In this document: positions 11,999 to 24,393 of the stretch, piece by piece
Layout: each line of letters begins with the position of its first letter
How positions within the stretch are numbered: the first letter of the stretch is position 1
Assembly (NCBI RefSeq): GCF_000150275.1
Contig: NW_002060947.1
Span: 3,464,980-3,528,979 of the forward strand
DNA: 64,000 nucleotides
Direction: 5' to 3'
Origin: Trichoplax adhaerens
Taxonomy: Eukaryota > Animalia > Placozoa
Made by a program: the position numbers and the translations under genes
Notes under the pieces: generated by a model
Seen by the model: only the letters and a program-made list of their open reading frames with translations
What the model was told of the DNA's origin: nothing
Database searches by the model: none

Positions 11999-14554
11999 AT
12001 GGAGCACTACAGCTTGATGGTCCTAATATTCATGACCATTATAGTACTTCCTAGCGTCCAGCTAGCATTAATTCATTCACATGATTCTAAGGTTGGCTAT
12101 TGTATTAATTAATATTTTTAGAGATAAAAGTTAAAATTTGATTTGATGATTTCGATCAAGTCAGGTTAATTTGCAGTATGAGTAAAAGCGAGCTCAAAAT
12201 ATGTGCTATCTGCTGCGTTTATTAAACTGATAATGAATTCTTATTGAGATAACCCAAAGTCAAATGTAACTAAAGCTTTGTCTGTTATTCCAAATTTAAA
12301 TGGAGAAAGAGAGAAAAGAATAAGCAATTATGGTCTAAGCCCATCATTATCTCAAAGATTAATTAAATTAAGACATGCTTTATTCGACATTTTCATTAAT
12401 TTGATAATATATTATTTTATTGAAATAATCTCAAGTCAAATGTAGCTGTTAATAATATCTATCTTTTTTTAGAATGTATCCAATCCAATCATAAACAACC
12501 AGCAAAATTCAGCTGAAAGTGATCCAGGCGAAAAATTTTTATACTGTAAGCACTCTGATAGCTACATGCCGTATTTACTGCAATTTGCATTATCATTACA
12601 ATAACAGAATTCTTGATATATGTATTGTATAAGTTATTTACTACAAGTTGTAATGTGTTCGTTAATAATGCAACTGTAATATGCTAATTGAAAGATCGTA
12701 ACTTTTCACCTCATTTAATATAATAATTACACAATACCTCTAAGCTGGCTAAAATCTCGCGGTATTCAGTTGCAGTATTCTTTTATAATATCTAGTTTGC
12801 GGTGGCCGTTTCAAAAGGTCAAAAGGATATATTAAATCACCCCGCTTTCCAAGGCGCTATCCTGATAACAGCTATTGCATCTATCAAATTTTAACTCGTC
12901 GATATCGAAGAATCTATCTTAAGTTTACACATTTTGATCTGGCCAATCCCAAGCCGTATTGTACTGATTCTGTACGAATTTATAGTGGGAGATCAGCCTA
13001 TAGTGGTTCATTAATGGCAGCTTACTGTGGTGGTGATCAAAGTTATGCCAAGAATCGGACGCTAGTTTCAACAGCCAACATTGTCACTATCTATTTCATC
13101 GCTAAAAATGATGGTTATCGTGGACGTGGATTTCGCATAGTTTACAAAGCAGCTAGGCCACCAACAGGTAAAGTCATTATTTTACAAATTACGTTGATTT
13201 TGATATAGACATTTTTGATATGGCTTACTTTTCAAGTAAATTGATTAACAAGAGAAACTCTTGCGATTTAATTTTTTTAGTTTTAAATGCAACTATTTTA
13301 TTGTCTTAATATAAAACTCTTTACCTTAGGCACAACAAGTCCTCCATCTACTACACAGCCTACACCAATGCCAACAACTCAATGGAATGATAGTACAACT
13401 GCTGCAACAACGCAACCTCCGCAAACGCAAACACCATCGCAGCCAACAAGTACTTTAGAATCGACAACCGTTTCAGCAAGCTCAATAACAATACCAACAG
13501 TAGCTGCTACACTGCCAACTAATGATAGCACTACACAACAAACTGAGCCACCAACGTTGCTGCCAAATACAACCACTACGACTATACCCGATAGCAATTC
13601 CACAGGTTAAAATTAATTTTCATGTTTCGTTGGTATATAACTTTATTAGTGGATGCAAACCGATATTTGCTCTTAGTAGATGGTGGAAATTAGCTAATAA
13701 AAATATTGTAAATAGTAATATTTAAAGTATGCTAACATAAGATTCAAGAATAATCTTCCATTCATATCCTTCACCTCGTTACCTTAGATGCGCCTAACCG
13801 CTGTGGAATACCTGCAATCGATGGCAATTTATTATCTAGAATTGTAGGCGGCGTTGAAGCTAAAAAACATTCTATTCCATGGCAAGTCATGGTATCTAAA
13901 GGAAATAGCCTTTGTGGTGGTAGCCTATTAAATAAATTCTGGGTAGTTACTGCTGCACATTGCCTGCCATCATCAACATCCAGTGCTAACACTGTTACTG
14001 TCAGATTAGGTAAACATAAGCTTATCAGTGAACCTAATCAACAAGATATAGTGGCGGCGGCTATCTATATCCATCCTCAATATTCAACCTCAAGTAAAGA
14101 CATCGGATTGATTAAATTATCACGAGCAGCTACTCTATCTGATCAGGTTACCTCAATATGTCTGCCGAAATCTACCGATAATTTTCCACCAAATGAAAAC
14201 TGTGTTGCGTCTGGTTGGGGTAGCATGGCTTTTGGTGGGAATTTGCCTACTGCATTGCAAAAAGTTGTCGTCCCTATTGTTAGCAATCCCATTTGTAATC
14301 GACCAGAATCTTATAATGGTGGTGTTGCTAGTCACATGTTATGTGCAGGTTTCGGTAATGGCGGTAAAGATGCATGCCAAGGTGACAGTGGCGGACCTTT
14401 ATTCTGTAAAACACCTAATGGACTTCATAACCAATGGTCATTAGTTGGTCTTGTCAGCTGGGGCGATGGATGCGCTAAGCCAAATAAATATGGCGTTTAT
14501 ACAAGAGTTACCGATTTTGTCGATTGGATTGGACAAACTATCGCAGCAAATTAA
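11999..14554 (+). CDS. Secreted CUB - Thr/Pro-rich linker - trypsin-like (S1) serine protease, paralog 1
   Basis: Phase-consistent exons: 11999-12091 (signal peptide MEHYSLMVLIFMTIIVLPSVQLA), 12473-12545, 12796-13167 (CUB: CGG..IKSPRFP..YPDNSYCIY..YCG..GRGFRIVY), 13330-13605 (92-codon mucin-like linker), 13788-14554 (activation site SR|IVGG; triad TAAHC / DIGLIKL / GDSGGP; S1 Asp in KDACQGD). Confidence 0.92.
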
Positions 14555-17443
14555 TGAAAGCTTTAATAGAATTGGGTTCTAGTCTCCATACCATTGTCTT
14601 ACTACTTTATAACCAAGAGCTTTCAATATACGTATAAAATATCGATGCAGATTTCATTGAATAACCGTTAGCTTTTATATCTACATATCTTCGCAATTCT
14701 CAAAAATAGCTTACAATTTTAATGCACGTTATTTTATTACAGTCAGTCTAGTCTTTTCTACCAACATCAAGTCAGTTGAACATGAATGTCATACATTATA
14801 CTTTATTCTCATTTTGCTACTCTTGACATATATTTTTTAGCAACATAATTTCTACTTTTATTGTAATACGAGTATCTATAGCAAGAATAAAGTTTGTAAC
14901 ATCAACTTCTGACCATATTTTAAATGAATGATTCAATTATTAATAATCACAGCTGATACTGAGTTACCATCAGCTGCTGATAGGATTAGTAATCCTTCTA
15001 GAATAATATATGTACATCGCCTCGTTCAAAAAAATAAATATGCATCGCACCATTATCTACTAAAAAATCTGACTGGAGAATCGACTCAGGGTCTAATGAA
15101 CCTTAAAGATATACGTAATAAATGATTAGGACTTGAATTGCCTTGCGGAAATGATGATAACAGTATTGAATTAGAGAGAGTCTGCATTGTAAAGATCATA
15201 TGATGACATCTAATAAAGTTAATTATAGTTTTAATGAGTAAGCATACTATAAAGTAAGCATAAGATTTTATTTATAATCAAAGTATTAGATTCTTTAATT
15301 CTTTCTTAGTTAATTACCTAATGTTGCTATAACAGTTTTGTATTACTGTTGATTATTATAATGGATTCATTGAGAAATAAAGAATAAATTATTCTAGTAG
15401 TAATCAATAAACCCGTAATATATAATTTTGATCAACAAGTTGTTGACAGCCTTGTATTAACTGATGCTCTTACCAATTTATTCATGTAAACAGAAAGTTA
15501 ATCTATGCTATCTAACATCACGAAAAGTTTTAGTATCTATAGACATTGTATTTGTAAAAAATAACTTTTCCAATAATAAATACTTATATAATAGATAAAT
15601 GAAGTTCCAGTCATTTCTGAATGTACATGTATGCTAATATCATTTTAATATACGCATATTATTTTGCCCTTATTCGTTTTATTTATCTAGCTAATTGAAA
15701 GAATTGCAGTTCCAGCACATTATTTTCGAATTGATGTAATAATCATCATGGTCACATCATACGCCATCCATATTCACAAAATTTCAGAAAAGAAAGTAAG
15801 ATCAAAAATAGTGCAATATACTTTATGCAAATCGTTTACGCTTAAAGGGGAGGTCAAATTGACATTTTTTAAGACGTAAACAACGGTAACAAGCGTTGAT
15901 AGTGAGCAGCTATGCACTCATCACTTAGCCGCAGGGCATGAACAGTCAACATTATATCGATAAATTAATATTGTAGCTATAGATATATATAACAAATATA
16001 ATTCGGATGTTTAATAAATTAAGTTATTTCGATTTTTAAACCTTAAAATGAAAAATTTGTTACTCTAGACGATAGAATCTTATCAGAATACTTGAAAAAT
16101 GTATAAGAAAATACTACCTCAGGCTATACCATCTTGTAAGTTTCCGTGTAAATTTTAGGGTGCATAATGCCTCAAAATATTTTTGTTATTCGCTTCGTTT
16201 AGGACAACATAAACTTCTTCAATTTTATAAACAAAAAATACACAATAGGCTGAAGGAGCGGAATGCTCAAATCCATCATCATCACCTTGTCATCCATAAG
16301 TGTGAAAGAATTTAGATGAAACAAAGTTATAAATAAACAATTCATTAAAATTTTAACGTTGTTTATCAAATTTTTGCTTGCATTAAGATATAAAATGATG
16401 CAAGATAACCCATTTTAGTTATAAATCTGTAACATTGGAAACTTCAATAACTTAAAATTGATATTCATTCTATAACCTTGATTATATAATCATTTGCATA
16501 CTATACCCTTTAGAGGAACCAATTGCAGACTAAGATCTCAATCAAATTCTGGTCTGATAATATGCAGGTATACGCGTAATGTCAGTTTAAATTGTTAGCC
16601 TAGATACTTTGCCCTTGTTATTAAATTCATTTTTAATAACTCTTAAATTTATATCATCAGCCTACGCTACTTTAAATCCTGAACTTTAGCCAGTATTTGT
16701 CTTGATATAATGCGCTAATCTTACGAAAGAAGAATTTAAAATTTAAATGTCCATTTATTATTTTATTTTAAAACAGAAATTTAGTCTGGATATCAAGTAA
16801 TATATAGCGTTAATATTAGTTATATTTTATTGAATAAACAGAGAAATTCATTTATCTTAACTTATTCGAATTTAGCGGCTTATCGTTTTGTTTCTACAAG
16901 ATTTACAACAATTTAGCAAAGTTAGTGTGGCATATGCAGCATATAGGCTGCTATGATTAAATTTTTTCTTTTGTATTCCACTATCTGAGAGTGTGACACG
17001 TACACCTAACTAATAGTCGAAAGTTGAGATAGAAGAATAATAATTTGAGAATATTGAGTATTATAAGTCAGTTACAATGTAATCATATTGCCTAGACTAG
17101 GAATAACAAAAGATTACTATACTAGTTTTTAATATTTAAATATAGATTAGAAATTACATATTTGCCGGTATTAGTAAATTGCATTGCTAGATAGAGATTC
17201 TCTATCTATTGCTTTCTTGAGATGATACATTGATAATAGTTTCGACCAAGAATTAGACTCCTAAAATTACTAATAAGAAATAATACCTTGATAACATAAA
17301 TCATTTTGAAATATATGGAAATCATAAAAATACTGAACTAGATATAATGTACCAAGTAAAATTTGTAAATATATAATTACTATTTAACCGTAATCCACTT
17401 TGCATAGCATCGTTTATATGTTTGGTATAATTTTCATTTGTAG

Positions 17444-19567
17444 TGCTACAAATATTTTCTGGTAATGCTTTTAATAGCTATTGCTGCAAATTGTGGAATG
17501 TCAAGAATGATTAATAGCCAGGTCAGATTTCGTTGCAGAGTCATTAATTAATGTGTTTAGGGTTAAGATAATATGTTAATACTTGTATCAGTGACTTAAT
17601 TTGATCTAATGTTATGAATAAAAAGTTTTACCTTCAATATCAATTTTAATAAAGTTATACCGACTTGGCACACATTTCCTGAAATAGTAAGTTTGCAAGA
17701 TTAAAATTTTTAATGACACGTTCTTCATATACTTTATTCTAGCCTAAAAATGGCACTGACGCAAGAGTCTCTTCAAAAACTAACATAAAATGTATGTTTA
17801 CTAAATAAGGGGTGTAATTCAAATCGAAAAGATAATCTCGGCAATTTATCACCAATTTTTCGTAAAGCCACTTAACATTCTTACAATTTCTCTCCTTATT
17901 CCTATACCAATACTATAGTTTTATCTACATCACTAAGCGGTTTATAACAAATTTAGTCCGAATTTAGTAAATTTTATGACATTGAAATGATTTGCTATTA
18001 TACAATAAAGGATAGGACTGATTTACTTTACAGCTGGCAAATTAACGCTCTGGCAATTGCATTAATAAGCTTATAATTCATTCTTCTTAATATAGCCTGC
18101 GGAGGACACTTTACTGGGCAAACTGGTATAATTACCTCGCCCAACTATCCAAATTACTATCCAGACCGCAGTAACTGCATATACAGGGTTACTGGACCTC
18201 AAGGCAGTAAAATCAAATTAGAGTTTCTAGATTATCAACTCGGGTTAACATTACCGTTGTGCAAAGATGTTATAATCTTTTACGATGGACCTTCAACATC
18301 CAGTAAATTCTTAGCTGGATACTGTGGCGGAGATCCAGCAACTAGCTATCCTATTAAAGCAAGAGGAAATACCGTTACTTTTCGCTTTAAAACTGTAAAC
18401 GATGGACGCGTTGGCAAAGGTTTCAAGATTAGATATACTGCAACTGGATCAGGTAAGTCAGGAAGTGCATAAGAACTTGATTAAGATTACTCTCTTAAAA
18501 AGAATTTGACAGTTTTAATTTACGTGCGAATTTAATGTTTATAAAATCTATTGTATCGGTATAAAGGTCATCAAGAATAGTCTTATTATTTTTTTCTCGC
18601 GGATGAGTCAGTTAATTCTAGTATCATTAGGGTCAGATTTAGCATTCGTTGTTTATTTCTCTGATTCAGGAGGTAATAGTCCCACGCCAACATCTGCTAC
18701 TATCGCAAACCCCACTCCTTCCGATTCAGGTTATATCACTTTTGCATTACTTATCTGTATAATCTATTACGAACCTTTAATAAGTTTTAGAAAATGCTGT
18801 AAATAGGCCCATCATGTGGCTTTACATCGACAAACTTATTTAGCAAAATAGTTGGTGGTGTGGAAGCAAAACGCAACTCTATTCCCTGGCAAGTAGCCTT
18901 GTTTAAACATAATCGTTTTTTTTGCGGTGGCTCTCTGATAAATTCTCGTTGGGTCCTAACTGCTGCACACTGTTTGCCTTCGTCAAGTTCACAAGCTAGT
19001 AGTTTACATGTTCGACTAGGTGAGCATAATTTAATTAGTAATGACGGCTCTGAACAAGTAATCAGCGTTTCCGCTATATATCGCCACCCGCAATATTCTG
19101 GATTAAACAGAGACGTTGGTCTGATGAAACTATCTCGTCCAGCTACGATTAATAGTAAAGTCTCGACTGTGTGTCTCCCCCAGACAACAGATAATTTCCC
19201 CTCTGGTACAAGTTGCGTTGTTTCCGGCTGGGGCTCACTTTCAGCGGGCGGTATTTTGCCAAATAAGCTACGAAAAGCAGTCAAACCTATAGTTTCAACT
19301 TCTGCATGTAATCGACCTCAATCTTACGGCGGAGCGATTACACAATATATGATTTGTGCTGGCTTTCAACAGGGAGGCATCGATGCATGTCAAGGCGATA
19401 GTGGAGGTCCACTAATGTGTCCGACCCCTAATGGCAAGCCTAACCAATGGACTGTTGTAGGAATTGTCAGTTGGGGAGAAGGATGTGCTTTTCCAAATAA
19501 ATATGGTGTTTATACTCGCGTAACTTCTGTGCTATCATGGGTTAACAAAATAATTGCCACTAAGTAA
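17444..19567 (+). CDS. Secreted CUB - short linker - trypsin-like (S1) serine protease, paralog 2 (start uncertain)
   Basis: Exons 17444-17521 (hydrophobic CYKYFLVMLLIAIAANCG), 17743-17791, 18096-18452 (CUB: CGG..ITSPNYP..YPDRSNCIY..YDG..YCG..GKGFKIRY), 18670-18729 (20-codon linker), 18807-19567 (SK|IVGG, TAAHC, DVGLMKL, DACQGDSGGP). Start is either ATG 17465 or an upstream ATG CAG|gt micro-exon at 16562-16567. Confidence 0.9.
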
Positions 19568-20848
19568 TGATTGATTATCGCTTGTTGAGTCTTATTAATC
19601 ACGTAGTTTTCTTTCTCTATTGCAGCCCGTAATCGTTAAAAATCTATGATAGCTATCGAAATGCCATTAAGATGCTGTATCGTTTTATTAAAGTATTTTA
19701 TCCTTGGCATTACAGTAACTAGTGATAAAGTTGGAAATAGTTAAATTATAGTTGATCCGTTAATTGTATTTCACTTAAACATCATATTTGTAAAACTATT
19801 TCACTTTTTAGCATGTAGTTATGGATTACGTGTACAACATAGTCTATCAGTGGCTGCCGTCATATTATGTTATGTTATCAATCACTAAATGATATCGTCG
19901 AAGGTAACTTCTTTTAAAATAATTCATAAACTTCAAAGCGAAGTTAGATATGAGGGATTAGCCAATTCGTTTATAAATAAAAGGATCTATTATTGAAAAT
20001 CGGCATTTATTGGTAGTAGTACTTATTTACAATTATTTTTTGGTAATGATTCAATATCAAACAAGTAATAATGATGCATGCCAGTAACTGATATTCAAAT
20101 CGATTATTTCTTATGGTGCCATAACACCTGGTAACTATATGTACGTAAGATATTTTTAGTAATTTGCTCGAATTTCTGTCATTTCGCTTCATGCAACATC
20201 AGACTTCTAACATAATATTGCTGTATGAAAGAAAAGCATAAAGAAGAAGATATTGTGAAACTTTTTTAGTCTTGAAGTAACATCATTCTAGGTTACCTTC
20301 AAACTCATAGATCTGCATGCTTTGTAGAATGAGTATAGTAATTAGTTGACAGTCGAAGGCAGGCCAAAGTGCAGTATTATATGACATTCAGTTAATACCT
20401 TAGTAGCACCTTCAGAAAAAGTTAAGTTGGATCATGCATACACTATTGAATAATTGAGTCCTTAAACTCCACAGTACTGTAAAGTATGCGTATAGGCACC
20501 GCATAAATGGGTATTACAATTATTTATTTACATCAATATCACTCGTTTTATTCTAACCAAATAAGATAAAAAAATATTGTCGAAGTACTGCATACGGGAT
20601 CCATTTTGAAGACAATTTTCAATTTTCGTATAAAAGCGGTGAAGCAGCAATACTTGGATATTTTCCCATTCTATCCACGCTACGTGTTACCGTAAGAACC
20701 AACGATTTAGGCATGTAAATATTGGAAATCATTACTTGAATATAAAATAAAATGTACGACAATCTATTTGCAAAATTGCTATATTCATTAGATGATAATT
20801 TGGTTATCATTAAATTCATTCTGTACAAATTGATTTAGCTAAAGTTGA

Positions 20849-21996
20849 TTAGCTCCGGTTGTGTTTCTTTTTAAATTTAATTTCAAAGCAGGCATATATC
20901 TCTACTCGAATATGCATGGTAGATAAGGCCGGTCGCTGAGATTGCGATTCTGTCGAGCTTTCAAATTCTTCATTTATGGGTCTATTCGATTCACCTAACC
21001 AATCGTCGGAATGGACCTCTTTGATAAATATCGGTTGGCCAACTGTGCCACGAAATATATTAGCAATACCAGATGCCTTAGCCTGAGCACTTTTTACTGC
21101 AGCCACTAACGCTTGCTGTCTGTTAGTATCATTAGAAATTAATTCACAGTTAAGACTTAATTATAATTATCAGAAGGGAGTTAATTAAGCAATGAAATAA
21201 TTATGAGAAGTACCAAAAATTCCAGGATATGCGTTTACCACATTCGTACTACTACTGAACTTGACTACATTGTACATATGCGTATAAAGACGATATAGAA
21301 TAATTTATTCCTTATGAAGGCAGCTAAAACATATTTAACAATTACAAAAGTCTATCGGAAGCGTAGATAGTAAGTACGTTAGCACAAAAGATATCTTTTT
21401 AATCAGAATTAGAATACCTGTTGATGTAAAGTAGGTAACGCGAATAATCCCTATGCTAGCTCAGTTACACTTTACCTCAGATTAGTGGCTTTAAACGAAT
21501 CGTGTAGGTATACGATCCTACTAACGTCTACACTTTCATCGAGTTTAGAAACGAAGAAATTTCTTAAGATTTCACACTTTTTAAAATCTGTCAAGTGGGC
21601 GACAATTTCCGTTTTGATTAAAAATTTGGATTTCTCTATTCTGTTAATATTGTTGGAAATATCGATACAATCATCTTTTAATCCGTTGTTGTGCAAAGTC
21701 TGAAGTACGTATTCCAATCGCCTGTTGGTGCTAGTTTCTGCATCGGAAAAGTTGCCTTTACAACTACAGATGGTAATCTTGAATTGTGCCTTCGTAGGAG
21801 GAAGTGCGACCTGTCCAATTGCTGTTACTTGTAATTCTCCTTTTCTATCTTTAACATCATTGGCAATCATTCGGTTGCCTTTCAGTAGATCACGGTGGGT
21901 GGGAAATTTATTTCTGTCATCGGCTGAAGAATTTTTAGGATTTTCCAGTGTAGCATAGCATTTAATTGAGCTGTCAGTATATTGTCTATAATCCAT
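20849..21996 (-). CDS. IRAK1BP1: IRAK1-binding protein 1 (SIMPL/DUF541 family)
   Basis: Two exons, 21996-21476 and 21119-20849, joined in phase 2 (AG|gtaaa ... ctaacag|A). Motifs RRLEYVLQTL, DFKKCEILRNFFVSKLDESV, NLRQQALVAAVKSAQAKA, TVGQPIFIKEV..DW match remembered vertebrate IRAK1BP1. Confidence 0.85.
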
Positions 21997-23024
21997 ATCT
22001 TTCCTCGATAAAATAAATAATGATTTTATAATCAATTGCGATACAGTATAACAACAGCTAAGCTAAGTTTTTCTTTCAGTTTTCAATCATAAAAGATAGA
22101 CAATCGCCGTTTATCTTTCCACTTTTAAATCTTTCAGAGTGGTTGTTAGATTAGATTAATCAATTTCCGTGCCCCTAGTAAATATTTAGGAATCTTCTAT
22201 CGAAGTTATCTATCTTACAGTAGCAGCTGCATTACAGCCAATCTTGAAATGGACAGATTTAGAGCTTCTCTTCCAAGCCTCTGGAAGTTATGGTTCGCGC
22301 CAAGAAGTTATTGCGCAATCGTAATGACTGACACTTTACGGACAGAGTGACAGAGAAATAAGACGTCTCTTCGTCGCTAGCTCTTCCGACCTGCTATGTT
22401 GTACTGTATGCAGTAATGAGTACTAGACGAGGAGTACAATACAGTAGTGTATTGCATCGGAGTCAAGCGTTACTGGAACTCCGATCGGTATTTTTATGAT
22501 TGTACACACTGTACAATAATTGATACAAGGTGCTAATTTTTCAAAGAATCAAGCAGCCTTTAGAAAAAATTTATGGTGTATGCAAATCGCCTTGAACATA
22601 CAGCACTTGCCGTATATAATTCCACACAGTAATAATTCACTGTACGTTTGTAGAACATAAAAGTCAATCCCATTCGGGCCTTAACCATAACAATCGTGTC
22701 AATCCCTGTCTGTTAATATTGAAGTCCCGTTAATAGTTTATAATCAGTGCACTGATTGGCTATAAGGCATCACATGACATATGTCAAATATGGTGTTTGA
22801 CATGATACGAACAAATACAGTACTGCATAGTGATTAATTTCAAATCTTTCAGCTAAGTGCAGTTTGCACGATGAGTATGATTATATTGCAACAGTACTGT
22901 GTACAGTGCAGAAGTTGAGTGCACTGTATTCGTTAACTCGAAACTTTTTTTATTTATTTATTTTTTTTACATCTTTATGTGCTCGTAACACGTGGTAGCC
23001 ATAGAGATATTTCTTTCTTTCTTG

Positions 23025-23104
23025 CAGTACAGTACATGTAGTACAGGTGTACAGTATGTACAGTACAGTACATTGTACACAGTACTGTACACTGTACAGT
23101 ACAC
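23025..23104. repeat. Low-complexity array of GTAC-containing words (CAGTAC / TGTACAG)
   Basis: cagtacagtacatgtagtacaggtgtacagtatgtacagtacagtacattgtacacagtactgtacactgtacagtacac, located between the divergent IRAK1BP1 and SLC35F genes. Confidence 0.8.
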
Positions 23105-24393
23105 TATTATACTGTGCATTTTGCTATCACCATCACCTCGTCTCTTTTTTAGACTACTGTAACTGCAAATTTAATTACATGAAGTTTTCTGTAACAACGC
23201 GAAGTGTTGCAGACCTTCAGTACTGTACTAGGTGAACGCGATTCATCGATTGCCCAACGAGAAATTTCGGCATATCATTGGTTAAGGAGCTGAGCATCTA
23301 ACGGTAAGTATGGAGTAATATTACTGACTTATAATCAGCTTTCATTTAATAAAATCCTAGAGCAGCATATTTAAAATGAATTCAAATACTGCTAATAGTG
23401 TTCTAGCTAATACACGTGTGGTAAAATGATTGGAAAAAAAGTCTTTGCATTAATGGTACGGTATTATAGAGTACTGTAGAGCAGTGTGAGTTAAGCGAAG
23501 TTAGCACTACGGTAAATCGTTTGAAAACATGGAATGAGTAAAGGCCATGATAGGGCCCATCTTTGCTATCCGTTTTAGTGGTATATCCTCAACTGTGATT
23601 GATTCAATGTTCATCGTTTGAATAGCCTTTTATGTACTGTAGATACCGTATTTTGCCCATAAAGTCACCGGAGCTGACATGATATTCATTATACTGTACA
23701 CTACTGCATGTATAATATAATTATTAGATTTGGAGAATTTTAAAATAATAAAAATTATTAAGTGTACTGTAGGTTTTTACAGCGGTCTCTGCGTACATGT
23801 TATTATGCACGGATCTTAATTTATCGTGATGGTGTTATGTTGACTTATAAAGTATTAATGTACGGTAGTACACGTATACGATTATATATTTATATTTGAA
23901 GATCCTAGAAAACTTCATTGATAGATGCCTTAGTTCACATGCATGACCTATGAAATGAAGCTTTCTATTCTCAATGAATGTTGAATGTCCAAATTATGAA
24001 ATACCGTTGAGCCATATACTGCACCTAAGTTACCAAACGAGATAGTGTAGGTTGCTGCAGTGGACACTGCGCACCAGCTGAAAGTTTCACAGTTGAATGA
24101 TAGCAATTCGTATTGCTTTATAAATAAAACTACATAGAATGGTCGAGCAGTTTTTGAAAAGACTCTCAGTTTTACGCTTACTGTAACTACCAGTGTACTG
24201 CATTTGGGGCTTACTACTATATAGTACATTGTACTTTAATTAACTTTTAATAATATATCCATGGGCCACAATTTTATGTAGGCTCAATATTAGTTTCCAA
24301 CATGTTTATAAGCATAGTTTGCAGTAATGCTGAATAATTACATATAACATATTATGATATCATTGTTGTTGGTTCTTAATACCAGAGCAGAAA

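Noticed and set aside
18663-18730. GATTCAGG repeated at both ends of the paralog-2 linker exon, as a possible target-site duplication
   Set aside because: Half of the match is the CAG|G splice consensus, so it is too short to support an insertion event.
13379-21958. Antisense or alternate-frame ORFs over the proteases and IRAK1BP1 (13379, 13522, 13771, 14153, 14193, 18787, 21485, 21725)
   Set aside because: Shadows of real coding exons; no independent motifs.
23025-23235. GTAC array as a CRISPR array or as the 62-aa ORF 23047..23235
   Set aside because: No constant repeat with unique spacers, eukaryotic context, and the ORF is a translation of low-complexity DNA.
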